Shown here: in pieces, positions 46,695 through 59,382 of the stretch
Layout of the letters: each line of letters begins with the position of its first letter
How positions within the stretch are numbered: position 1 is the first letter of the stretch
Assembly: GCA_043228905.1 (NCBI GenBank)
Contig: JBHGNT010000002.1
Coordinates: forward strand, 6,882,001-6,946,000
DNA length: 64,000 nucleotides
Reading direction: 5' to 3'
From: Azolla caroliniana
Taxonomy: Eukaryota > Plantae > Polypodiophyta
Program-made: the position numbers and the translations under genes
Notes under the pieces: model-generated
Told to the model about the DNA's origin: nothing
The model's database searches: none
The model's input: only the letters and a program-made list of their open reading frames with translations

Positions 46695-49600
46695 CTGTAC
46701 ATAGACAGAACAGTCACCCTATGATCCTGAAGCCTTTTTAAAACAAGGGGAAAACACCAAAATATCCGATGCTTTTAGACATTTACAGGAATACCCCTGG
46801 GCTTTCTAATAAATTAACAGAATACCAATTACAGGGGTATTTGGGTCAGTTTGAAAGCAGGTAAATATCAAAACATTACATGAATTTTGGTGTTATACCC
46901 TTTCTACATAAATTTGCTAAAAATAAGATTAAGAATGGCATACCCTGTCACAAGCCCTCCCCGCAGCAACTTGGCATACCTGTTGACAAAGGTGATATTT
47001 GTCAGCATCAGATGAGCCTCTCCTGCAAAAGTGAAGTTATTGTTACTTTATAAAACGCTTAATGATAATAAAAAAGAAAAATTATGACATGATCCATATG
47101 AAAAAGATCCTGGATCTATCCCTGTAATAAATATTTATAATCTCTATAACCAAATGGATTCAACTTCACATTCACGCAGTTCAGAAATGTACTTAAGGCA
47201 CCCAGTTTGACAGAACTCCCCACCATCTGGCTCACTGCATAATACATCCAAGCATGCTCTGACCGAACCCTGAAAAAATAAAAAAGGATGGAATACAAAA
47301 GCATAAAAAAAATAGATACAAGCGATTTAATAACCAATGAAATAGTCCATACCCAACCTATAGTGACTACTACGAGAATTCTCTTAAAAACCTTTCCAGT
47401 TTCCATTTCTATGCAATAACAACAAATTAACAACCATGGTAAAGAATACGATTCAGATGTGAAAATCAAATAATAAAACTAATGCTTCAAGCTTCAATCA
47501 AATTCACACACACTTACACAATGTTCATGTATTCTTATGAAGGCAACAAAATGCCAGAAAATAGAAAGAGAGTTCAAATGGATTTTTATATGATTTGACT
47601 CATATATAAAAAACATACTAGTACTCAAAGATAAGCATTGCATCAATGAAGAAAGAGTACGCTACTTTCAAAAGGCCCAGTGGGCATAGTTATATGAGCA
47701 AGTCATGATGCTGGCACATATCCAATATCCATGGATATACAACAGAAAGTAACCTAAACATTCGATAAGGAATGTGGAATATCCTGCACTTAAAAATATC
47801 CGTCACAAGAAATACCTCACTAAACAAGGAACGTGGATATTGGGAATTAAAAGCATCTTCAAGGATGTCTGAACAGCAAGAGACTTTAGAGAGGGTAGTT
47901 TAGTGCATTATATTGTACCCATCTTTCCACTACATACTCTTTTGAGTAATTCAGATATTAATAAAGATAATTAGTCGCCCAATGACTAAAGCAAGCATTC
48001 AAGCACTCGGTTAGCTCAAATATGGATGGCATTTTTAACCAATCAGATGGAATATTTCATCTATTCTAAACATCTATGCCAGGGTCTTAAGAATAATTCA
48101 GTATATCCCATATATGCATTTCATGGTTGTACTTGCACTACAGAAAGGAACATGTGGAACTGCCTGAAATGGAAGAAAGAGATACTTTGTATCAACCACA
48201 TCAATAAAATAAAGTTCATCCAAATTTACATATTTTATAGCCTCCTGAGTTTGATAGCCCTAAGACTGAGGGCTGATGACACCCAACATGTTACCACAGA
48301 GCCTGTTTACCACCTATGGAGAGTATATTAGTAAAATTTCTTTCTCATTTTTGTGTTTTTTAGGTTATGTTGTCTCCTTGCCATCTGATCAATTTGTCTA
48401 ATCACTACATAAATAGTAATGTAAATCTATTAGTGTTCTGTTTTTCATATGTTTAACCTTTTATTTTAGTTCATCTAGCCTTCTAATTAAGTTTTCATAT
48501 ATCCCTGAGAACTCCTGGCTGTGTAGACATGCCACTGTAATATATTCCAGATCTTAATATTTATTGGCAGAGTAAAAAAACCATTATCTGATAAAAGAAG
48601 TGATGGACATGCTGTCCCAATCATTCTCAAAAGTCTTAGTAATATTAGTAACAATTGAATTGTGCACTTCACAGAAAACATTAAAACTGATGAATAAATT
48701 ACTTGAACAAGATAACTGACCTGTGCTTGAACTTCAAGAGCCAAAAGCTCTTCTGCAGTTGGTAGCTTGTTTTGTTCAGCATAAAGAGCTCTAGATGTGA
48801 ATTCATAAACCCCAGAAGCTGGTGAAAGATTATTCACCCGCTGCAAATTATGTTTTAAACAAATTTAAGTCATGACATTTTAACAAAGAACTTCTGTAAA
48901 TATTTCAGAAAATTACGTGAAAATATCCTTGTATGACCATATGCAGACTCAAATCATGCAACATGGATGAACATGCTGAAATCTCACTTTGTAATCCTAT
49001 AAAATTGATCCGAGCAACAAAATGAGCCTATCAGGTAACACATTCACAACTATAATAAACAATTGCCAACAAAAAGCAAAGAAATGCACCAACAATATCT
49101 GAAAAAACTACGCTTGTTATGCATGTGGGTAAACATTGGCAATCCTGCTGGATACAAAAATGGCTAGGTTGAATCTTGATTGTCAATAGACATGTGAAGA
49201 AATAGAGATGTATTTGAAATTTTACTGATGAAGAATTTACGAGCTAGATAGATTCTTTTTGTTTCATAGAAAATGTGAATCTATTTACATACAAAACTAT
49301 ATCCATGTGCAATGTCAAACTGACATCACATGCACATTGATAATAGCTATTATCTCTACCATGGACATGAGTGTATAGCACTGAAAAAAGTTAGAAAGTT
49401 TACCTGCCATTTCACAACGGCTGCTTCTGTCCTTGACCCAAAATATCCAGAAGGTTCATCAAGTAAAAGACCCTAAAATAATTTCAAGAGAAAATTATAA
49501 AAAAGTAGAATATTATGCAAGTCCAACGCAATCATGTGATGAAGTTTGGCCTTTTAAATCTTTTTGCCATAAAACATCCGAAGTCAGCCAGTAAAACAGA

Positions 49601-52600
49601 ACCTCCATGATCTCTATAAAGCATGCAATCTCTGTACAAATACAGTGAGTATTCTTTGATGACTTCGAAGAATTTGATAGAAGGCAGTATATTATACAAA
49701 GAGTCAAGGACAGGAATCAGTAAAACACACATGTTTGGTGTGGCATGTTATAGTTGGGTGTTCTAGAAGTATTTGTATTACGTGGAACATGCTCCTTGGC
49801 ATGGGGAATAATTTTTATGATTATGCTATCATTTATATCCTGTGGAATCTGTTCCTTATCTAATTGAGAAGAATGTGACACAAAAAAAACTTGTCTTTCT
49901 GCAAGTACCGCTATCCAAAATTCAGACTAAGAATAATCATTGAAGCAGTAAATCCACAATGAAATCTCTATTGATCCATACAAATGTGTGCACAGCTCCT
50001 ACTCTCATTCCCTTGGGAATACTTTCTTTATTCATGTTCTTTTTCCAAGATCAATGCAGCAAAACAAACAATGCCCATCAGCAATTAGAAACCACAGAAA
50101 CGAATTAGACAAGTTGAAAATATCAACTTCACAAAAAGAGAAGGTTGCAAGCACCACCAACTACAGACTTAAATGTTCAATTTGACCAAACCTCCGTCTC
50201 TCTCCTCATACACTACCTCTTACCAGGTTATGCACTTGGAAATAGGTGTTCGACCCATAGAAATATTGGCACTCCAAAGAGTATATAAATACATTACAAA
50301 AGTCAAGAATATGCTGAATCATCAATTACCACATCTTGCTTGGAATGTTGGATGTAAGCTACAAAAGAATCATAAGAGTAAGATTCTCTCATCCGGTTGG
50401 GTTGTTGACATAAGGAAATGGTTTAGAAGATGGGATGTGGATGATCTTTTAGAGCTTTGGGGCAATGTTATGCTTATGTAATGATTGAGGAAAGGTTGGT
50501 GGAATCATTAAGGATGAAGCGGGAAGATGCTAAGAGGACAAAGCTAGAATACTACATTGCAAATGTCAACCCTAAATGTTGGTCTCAATATAAAGCAGGA
50601 ATGCCTATTGATCATATCCAACCTTATCTCATTACCATTAGGAGTAGTAATGCTCGTAGAGCCCTTAATCTACTTCGCACTCAATCTCACAAGTTAGGTA
50701 TTGAAGTTGCATCATGGTACCAAAATGTAACAAATTTGAAGACATGTAAAGTATGCAATGAAGGCATGGTAGAGGATGAATGTCACTTGTTCTTCACATG
50801 CTCAACATATAGTGCAATTCGTTCAAGCTATGCTGACATACTAAGAGGGAGTGATAACTTAAGTGCCATACTTAATAAGACACCACCTAGAAGGTTGAGC
50901 TCATATGTGTATGCTTTATTCATACATAGAGACTTTGTTCTTCAATGTATGAATACCCCTTCTTAGGAAGGAGACACATATCAAGAACACATGTATACTC
51001 TGGTCCCATAGGTCAAAATTGGCCTCTTTATGGACGATAAAAATTCGAATTCTAATTCTAGAACAGCCCCAGATATTTTATTAATTTATTTTGGAGGATG
51101 GTCGAAGCAGTTTTAAATTTCTAGAATCTACTCAGAAATAAAGCATACTTTAAGCAGCAATCCTTGTTTTACCCTGTTGATCATACATCACTTCAACCCT
51201 CAGTTTCTGAAGACATGCTCAGTTACGTAATGAATCTGCTAATTCCTATTGGATGATAAAAATTGGCAGCAACACTACCCAGATACATTCACAGATGCCA
51301 TTACTTTAGCCATCAAGGTGTCCTTTTTAACCAATGTATCCTCCCAAACTTCACATGCCTCAGGTTTTTGGATGACATTTTTTACTTAAATCAAATTAGC
51401 AGGAATCATCCTACAAGAATACAATTATCTATGCTTTATTTCAAATAAAAAGAGTTTTAGGACTTGAAACATGAAAGTGTGAGCCATTCTTACAAGTATT
51501 TGCATACCCTTCCTTGTCAAAACAAGGCTTGCATTAAGTGTTCATAGGGACAAATCAAGTAATGATCTGACCTGATTTGAAGGCATAGTATGCATACTTT
51601 ACTTCCCTACCAGTTTCAGCTTCCCATGCAGGGACAGTGACTCACACACAGCTTCAGAGAGTAGATTTTCAATCTCCTTTAAGTGAAGGGGTGAAGAACA
51701 ACCAAAGATGAAGCTTTTTGAGTATCCATAAGCTTGGTGGTATGCCAAGATTTCATCACTATCAAAATGAAGCTGACCTGAGGCCAGAGGGCAATAAGAT
51801 GTGCAAAATGAACAACTCAGAAATGTAAAACCAAGAATCTTCGGTGGCAGGTGATAATGGCCTTTATTTGTCAGTGACCAGGGTAACAGGGTCACTACCC
51901 AGACGGCTGTGGCCTATGTGCACAATGCATTGCGATTGTCTGATCTACAATAATCCCTTTCGAATGTCCTGGTCAAGACCCCACTTGCGTAGTCCTTGAT
52001 TGAAGACCCATGTTTTTGTTTGGAACTTGCATTAAAGTAAAAGCAGGCACTGGCACTGTGGGATTCATCTCATTGGAGTTGTTTGTGCAAGAAATGAGAC
52101 TTGCATTGTACAGCTCTTCATCTCTCCTTGCTCTCCAAGCCCAAGTATAATAGAAGGAACTTAAAGGTTGGAGGGATGGCACTGATCTTTCTGGTGCTTA
52201 TCATTTTGTGGAGTGAGATTGAGATTGAACACAAGGATTCCTACCTATATATAAAGCAATGGAAAGACAGCAGCCTAATCCACCTCATCCTGTACATGGA
52301 TGAGATGCTAATAGCGGAAGTGTTAAGATGATGTTTCTACATGTATTCCTGAATCCCATTGATATTAAGTAATATATGCTCAACAAAATCTGTTTCCTAA
52401 ATGTATTCTTGAATCCCGTTGATATTAAGTAATATAGGCCCAAGAAAATATGTTTTCAAGTATTTATGTGTTTTGCTAACAAATTTTCCATCTACAGATA
52501 GCAAACAGATCATTTACATGTGCGTATAGGACCCTGTGCTAGTTAACGATTGCAAAAGATTATTAAGTTCATGGGGAGTCGCGTCTTGTTAAGCAGATGG

Positions 52601-53200
52601 CACATCTCCCAATGGAGAATAAGATATGGGCACAAACAAAAATCGAACAGGCTCATTGCATATTGAAACGAAATTAGTCATACAAAACAGACCACTTACA
52701 TGTATTCACATGTTTTTCTACCAAAAGTGGTAGGCTTGTGTTTTCCTACCAAAAGTGGTAGGCTTGTGTTTTTCTAACAAATAATTCCAATCTATGGAAT
52801 GTGAAGATTGATCAAAACAAACGGATTACTCATAGAATGAAAATAAATTAACTACACAAAACTGATCGTTTAACATGCATTCATCTGCTTTTCCAGCAAA
52901 GCTGAATCTCTGTGTTTTCTACATGCAGTCCTGTGTTCATCGACCAGATAAATTTTTCCGTATTCTGCATAGTATTTCTTTTTTATGATCTACAGACTGC
53001 TCAAATCAACACGGTGTAATTTACAGATCAAAGCAGACTCAATACAGATCGTGCAGTTTGACAGCTTGAAGAACGAGGAGGAAAATGCACAGACGTACCT
53101 CTTGTTTTAAGGAATTTTGCAGGCAAGCGACATCGCTACCGTAGTCTCCTCGGCTCAAGTCTCTGTGGAAATAGCAGACATCGGTCTCTGAGCTTTCCAT
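46593..53200 (-). CDS. Six-exon host gene: ~182-aa protein with PG_binding_1-like N-terminal domain and Cys-rich C-terminal domain
   Basis: Exons 53200-53099, 49472-49404, 48840-48721, 47269-47193 (alternative donor 47202), 47022-46944, 46694-46593; all GT-AG and phase-compatible; MESSETDVCYFHRDLSRGDYGSDVACLQNSLKQE/GLLLDEPSGYFGSRTEAAVVKWQ/RVNNLSPASGVYEFTSRALYAEQNKLPTAEELLALEVQAQ/GSVRACLDVLCSEPDGGEFCQTGCLK/RGSSDADKYHLCQQVCQVAAGRACDR/AYPPTQSFKYKKCISSVAKHCHQACRKGLKKGK*. Confidence 0.85.
46944..47022 (-). CDS. Exon 5
   Basis: TTGCAG|GAG...AGG|GTATGC. Confidence 0.82.
47193..47269 (-). CDS. Exon 4
   Basis: TTTCAG|GGT...AA|GTACAT (same-phase alternative donor at 47202). Confidence 0.78.
48721..48840 (-). 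CDS. Exon 3
   Basis: TTGCAG|CGG...CAG|GTCAGT; 40 codons. Confidence 0.88.
49404..49472 (-). CDS. Exon 2
   Basis: TTTTAG|GGT...CAG|GTAAA; PSGYFGSRTEAAVVKWQ. Confidence 0.88.
50205..51062 (+). mobile_element. 5'-truncated non-LTR retrotransposon (RTE/RTEX-like) 3' end in intron 1, antisense to the gene
   Basis: TTSYQVMHLEIGVRPI, LRTQSHKLGIE, CKVCNEGMVEDECHLFFTC zinc knuckle; 3' ATAAA followed by a degenerate (AATTCT)n tail instead of poly-A. Confidence 0.8.
53099..53200 (-). CDS. Exon 1 (first half of the PG-binding-like domain)
   Basis: ATG at 53200; RDLSRGDYGSDVACLQ; donor GAG|GTACGT. Confidence 0.8.
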
Positions 53201-53364
53201 ATCCACATACCGCAGAATCTTCGAGAATTACGCTTCTTCTCCGTGGAGACACATTCTGGATATTTACGAAAATACCCCTCCAACGAAGTTTCAATAACTA
53301 TCAACAGATAGCCCTCCCCTCTGTTCCTCTCTCTCCTCTCTCTCTTTCTTGCTCTCGTTCTCTG

Positions 53365-56300
53365 TGTTGAGATATAAGTCGAGCCGGATCGGAGGATCCG
53401 GAGGAGGAACACAGATTGCATGGATCCGGATGGAACTGGAAGGAGTTCAGCCGGATCCGGTATGAACCATGAAGAGAGATAGATTGGTAAATATGTTTCT
53501 TATGGGCCTTTGAGGCCACATTTGTAAATAGCCCATAAGTTATATAAGTAAAAATATAACTAGGGCAAATGGATATAACTGTAGTTGTTGTTATCTTTGT
53601 GTTAGAGTGAGTTAGCTTTGTACACAGAATAGAGAGAGAAAGAGAGAGAGGGAGAGGGAGGGAGAGAGGGAGAGAGGGAGAAAGAACATAAGGTAGTTAT
53701 TCTGTTGTAACCGCTTATTGGCGAAGACACAGGGTTCGAGGTCGTTGCCTCTGAGCTCCTCATTTTTGTACCTCTCCTCGGATAGTGATTATTGGAGTCT
53801 ATGGGCTCTCGTGGTTTTGCCTTGTTTCGAGGTTTTCCACGTTAACATTCTGTGTCGACTTATTTCATGTGTAAGTGTGCCTCTAACTATTTGTTTTCCA
53901 CTTGAGTTCTTCCATCGTGCCTTAGAGACTCAATTGTGGCCGAGCATCGATTACTATCAAGCTAGTATCAGAGCAAACAACAAAGGAAAGAAAATGGAAG
54001 ATTCATTCGGCGGCATGTTCAAGCTCAATGGCTCCAACTACGCAGAATGGAAGTTGAAGATGAGGGACATGTTGGTGGTCAAAGATATCTGGCTATTGGT
54101 TTAGTTTGGGGACAAAAAACCGGACAAGATCGATGCCGCGACCTAGGAGGTAATGCACATGAAAACAACGGCATACATTTGATGCTTCATCGACACGGGC
54201 CTGTACAATAACTTTAATGAAGAGAACAAGGCCAATGAACTCTAGGAGAAGATTGCCACGATGTTGGAGAACATGAACGCCATAAATCAGGTCTCGGTAT
54301 TTCGGAAGATAGTGAGGCTCCAGTATCAAGATGACGCCAGCATGGTAGAGCATATGAATGTCTTCCAAGGGCTGATAAACCAGACTACCTCGCTCGAAGT
54401 ACCATTAGCCGACGAGGTATTGGCATTGTTATTGCTCGGATCCCTTCTAGATAGCTAGGAGACGTTGGTTGTCACTCTAGGTAATGCCGAACCAGAAGGA
54501 AAGAATTTATCCCTAGCGAGAGTGAAGTCAAGTTTGCTAAATGAAGAAGCTCGCTGGAAGGACCGGGAATCCGGAACCAACCCGAAATCCCTAGTCATGG
54601 AAGACAACAATAACTGAGGAAGAGGCCGAAATCGGAGTCCCTAGAACCAGGACAAATCGGGGACTTCTAGAAGAATTGCCAACACTTTCGGAAAGCAAAA
54701 AGGGGAGCCAACGGTCCAGAACGGAAGAAGATTTCGGAGGGAGAGGAATGTTGGCAATCACGACAAGTGAAGAAGAACTATTGCTCATCACCGAGGAACT
54801 GTCAGCGACGAGATGACATGGGTGGTCGACTCCGGAGCGTCGTTCCATTTGACCCCCGACCGGAAGTGTTTCACATGTTATAGAGTTGACGATCACGACT
54901 GTGTGAAGATGGGGAATGAAGGTGCATGCCGGATTGTCAACATACGAGACGTGTGTTTGATGACATTAACCAGGTGCAAGCTGCTACTGAAAGATGTCTG
55001 ACACGTTTCGGAGGTTCAGTCGAACTTGATATCAGTCGGACGACTGGATGATGAAGGTTACACGAGTAGCATCTGGAATGGAGCCATGAAGTTCAGCAAA
55101 GGGAGCCTGATCATGGTCAGAGCCCGAAAGATCAACACATTGTACCTGATGCATGCCCGGATATGCCGGGAGGAAGTAAATGTGGCATCTGACACTACTG
55201 GTGAGTTGTGGCACAAGAGGTTGTGGCACATGAGCCAGAAGGGAATGTGGAGACTTGTCGAAGATAACCTCATTCCGGAGGTGAAAGACATGCACCTCGA
55301 GAAGTGCACCGACTTTTTGGCTGACAAGCAGAACCAAATTTCTTTTTGGTCGAGACCACCAACAAGACGAAAAGAACCACTAGAGCTTGTGCATACCGAT
55401 GTATGCCAGGTGGATAGGAAGTCACATGATGGGTCGCAGTACTTCGTGACATTCATAGATGACCACAACCGGAAGTTGTGGGTCACTGAAGATGAAGGGC
55501 CAAGTATTATCTGTCTTCAAGGAATTCCACATAAGGGTGGAAAGGGAAACTGGTTGAAAGCTAAAGGCAGTTCGAGCGGACAATGGAGGCGAATATCGGG
55601 GGCAGTTCGAGGAGTACTATCGGTTGAAGGTAATCCGGCTCGAATTTACCGTGCCGAAGACTCCAGAGCTGAACGGATTGGCCGAAAGGATGAATCAGAC
55701 TACAATGGAGAGAGTTCGGAGCATGTTGGCACATGTTAAGTTGTCCAAGACGTTTTGGGCTGAGGCGCTGATGACGGCGACCTACGTGATAAACCGATCA
55801 CCCTCAACACCCTTGGGCGGAGACACACCACAGAGAGTATTGACCGGTAAAGACGTGGCTTACCGGCATCTGAAGGTGTTCAGTTGTCTCGCCTACGTGC
55901 ATGTAGCAAAGGAGAAGAGAACGAAATTGGACCCGAAGTCCCGGCCATGCATATTCCTTGGGTACAACGATGATGAGTTTGGTTATCGAGTGTGGGACTT
56001 GGTTGACAAGAAGGTTTTCCGGAGTCGAGACATAGTCTTCATGGAAGATATGACAATTGCTGACTGGGAGTCAGAGAAGAAGATAACTTCCTTTGGATCA
56101 ACCGACAGATATCGTTTGGAAGATACAAGGATCTATCCGGCCGGAAGTCGAATGACACTCAAAGAACCAGCCAAATCCAGACAAGGAACCGAATCAACTA
56201 AAGAATGTGTATAAGCCTACTAAAGCATGACCGAGGCAGTTTGACGGACCGTGAACGGATTCCCCTTTGGCCTTTGGGCACTTCGAAACCACACAGGTTC

Positions 56301-56509
56301 TAAAATTTTGCTATGGCACTAACAAGAAAGATGAGAAAATTAGGAATTGAACCCAATACATAGACAACAATAGCATGACAACTCACCAGTAGGGCAAGCT
56401 AACTTGTATTTATAATAAATTAAAAACAAAAACAAAAAAAGGAGCAAACATTTTTCCCTTTTCAAACGTTTGAATGCTTGCACGAACACGTTTATTACGT
56501 TCTATGTAT

Positions 56510-56547
<38 letters not shown>

Positions 56548-56662
56548 ATATGTATCTATATATAGATGTTTTATGAATGATGAATATTATCACATGCACG
56601 TGAGTGAAGAATAGTGACAGAAGCGCGAAAGTGAAGAACTGAGCGTGAGAGCAATGAGTAGT

Positions 56663-56710
<48 letters not shown>

Positions 56711-56807
56711 GAAGTATATAATAGAGAGGCGAGGAAGTTGTGTTTCGAACCCGCAACTTAGTGCTTGTAGTGCTAACAACTTACCACTAGGGTAAGGTAA
56801 TTATGAT

Positions 56808-56844
<37 letters not shown>

Positions 56845-57316
56845 AGCTGAGAACAAAATCAGAGAGTGCGTAGCAAAGAACCATAGAGTGTTGTGGCTGC
56901 GTGCACGAGGAAGAGGGAAAAGAGAGAAGAATAGAGAAGAACAAAGTAAAGGAATCAATCCCAAACCCTAGAAGTGGTTTAGACAACGACCTATGATGCC
57001 TGTGCTTCCAAACTGGGTATTGTCGTTCTGATTCTTTCTTGCTCTATTGTGAATTGTGTTTTCCCTAGGTTTTGACATCACTCTATTTGTTGAGACTCTC
57101 CCTTAACAAGCTAGGGAAATCTTTTGTTGGCTTTGAGCCCCGTGGTGAAGGGTTTCCAGCAAAAAATGGGAGTGGATTTCGATGAGATCTTTGTCCCGGT
57201 AGTCAAGATGACATCCATCCGGACTGTGTTGAGCATTGCGGCAAGCATAGACCTCGAGGTTGAGTAGCTCGACGTCAAGACAACGTTCCTGCACAGTGAC
57301 CTCAAAGAAGAGATCA
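53365..57316 (+). mobile_element. Degenerate Tnt1-like copia: 5' LTR 53365-53959, PBS ~53963, gag-PR-INT to ~56206, RT scrap 57139-57316
   Basis: TAGTATCAGAGC; MEDSFGGMFKLNGSNY; WVVDSGASFH; PELNGLAERM; VKGFQQKMGVDFDEIF..FLHSDLKEEI. Confidence 0.9.
56207..57138. repeat. Unrelated insert, probably an LTR of another family, rich in (GT)n/(GA)n microsatellites
   Basis: Interrupts the copia between INT and RT; TG... start and ...TTAACA at ~57108; no TSD found. Confidence 0.4.
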
Positions 57317-59382
57317 CTGTCGTACTATGTTGGTTGTCTAGGCTACTGTCGTAGACCAACACCCAATCTCCTTCAATGATTTTCCTCAAACGAAGTCGAT
57401 GTTGTCCGTCGAAGTCTTTCTTGTTCTTCAACCTTGCATTCTTTAGCCGTGTTTTAGCCACTTCTATATCTTCCGACTTTTGCTCCAACTGTCGAATCCT
57501 CAATGCAAGTAGATCTTCTCTGCTTATCTCATCTTGCCATGGCAATGCTAGCCATGAAACAATATTTTGTTCCAATGGCATTATCGGCTTCTGTCCGAAT
57601 ATGAGCTTTGTCGGCATGTATCCCATCACCATGCTATGGATACTCCTGTCAGCCCATAGTGGAAATGGTAGTAGATGCGGCCATTCTCCTATTTTCCCAT
57701 GGCAAGCTTTCACTAGAGCCTTCACAATCGGTCCATGTCCACATTCCATTTTCCCATTCGCTTCTGGATTATACGCCATGGTAAGAGATAACTTGATTCC
57801 CATCCTGGAGAAGAATTCTCTAGCTTCATTGGCGTCCAGCTCGCCTCTATCAGCCACTATCTTGCCAACACATCCATATTTGCAAATAACATCTTCAAGA
57901 AGGAATCCACATACTGATGATGTCTTCTTAGTTCTCAATGCTCACCCTTCAACTTGATTGGTAAGCTCATCTCTTGCGTGCACAAGATACTTCATCTGCC
58001 ATTGCCCCATTGGCATCATTACAATGTCCACCATCCACTTGTAATGCATAGCCAACGGGTAAGTCGGATGAAGTTCATCTCGATGGCGAACATTCAAAAA
58101 CATTTGACATTCTTTACATGTTTCCACGTAAGTTGCTACATCCTTGTAGATGCCCGGCCACCAATATTTCCCCTTAAGCTTCACGAACGTAGCCCATATT
58201 CCTCGATGGCCTACTCAAACACTAGCATGAATTCGGACATCAATTTTTGTTGGTCTTCCAACTTGCAAACAACTCGCATTGGAGTCCCATTCTTCTTCTT
58301 CGCATGCCTCCAAAGAGCTCTATCCTTAAGGAAATACTTGTACGCCTTCTTCCGAATTAGGTGGAAGTCTTCCGTCGACCAGGATTCATCTCTTTGGAGA
58401 AAACTCAACTATTTCCCGATCTCCACGAATTTGCCTTCGTAGTCCTCTTCTATGAAAGTAATCAGCACCCGAGCATAGGAACTTGTAAAGAAGTCCATGC
58501 CAATATCCTCTTCATGAAAATGTTGATCTTCTTCTTCGTCGTATCTCGCTCGTGATAGCATGTCTACAACGACATTACGCTTCCCAGCTACATGACGGAT
58601 CTTTGGGTTAAGTGATTTGATATATGCGATCCAACATAACATGGCAATATCTTGTGTACGGCAACCAGATATCATGCCCAAGATTGGTAGGCAATCTATC
58701 TTGATTATGACTTTTGCTCCAATGAGGTAGTCACGATCAGACTTGATCACCGATACGATTCCCCACAGCTCCCTCTTTACTTGGGCATACCTTCTTTGCC
58801 TATCACTTCACACTTTCGCAGCAAACCGAATTGCTTATTGGTTGCAATCTTCGTCTTCTTGGTTGATAACCCATCTGATTCGGTCAGACTAGTATCCACG
58901 GTCACGAAAATCGGAGCCTTGCCTTCTGAATAGTCCGCATTTGATAATGCAGGTGCCTCCATCGGTAATTTCTTCAGCCTTCGGATGGCAAAAATATGTT
59001 CGCTCGTCCATTCAAACCTACGCTTCTTCTTTAGCAGACCGTACAATGGCTCAACAATGTGGGCATAGTGTGGAATCCAAATATGATAAAATGTGCATGC
59101 TCCAAGGAACCTTCGAACCTCCGTTTGGGTTATAAATTATTCATTCATGTCTTGGATTGCATTCACCTTGGATGGCGAAGGCTTCCGGCCGTATGCTCCA
59201 CACAAGTGACCTACCACCAAGATCTATGGTTGCTCGAATGTTGACTTTTCTCCCGAAAATGTCAAATTCTCATCTTCGAGCCTTTGCAACACCTTCTCGC
59301 AATCCTTCATATTATCCATGGCGAAGTTTCTGCATCCATCGTTATCTTTCGATTCATCCTTCTCCTTATCTGAACATCCTTT
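57317..59382 (-). mobile_element. Element F: second Ylt1-like gypsy RT-RH-INT fragment, a diverged relative of E
   Basis: DCEKVLQRLE, DRDYLIGAKV..DCLPILGMISGC, HRDELHPTYP, VADRGELD, YNPEANGK, VYDSSLDNQH. Confidence 0.88.

Noticed and set aside
51599-51780. Possible extra exon in intron 1 (AG..GT bounded); also ORFs at 49513-49732
   Set aside because: Would split the PG-binding-like domain, which joins cleanly from exon 1 to exon 2; no recognisable homology
52210-52325. Small ORF with LILYMDEMLIA
   Set aside because: A ~100-bp copia RT scrap, not a gene
52340-52775. Short direct repeats in intron 1 (also 44600-44720)
   Set aside because: Ordinary local duplications without TIR or TSD
56505-56842. 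(GT)n/(GA)n tracts and the LSLSLS ORFs they generate
   Set aside because: Microsatellites; the ORFs are artefacts
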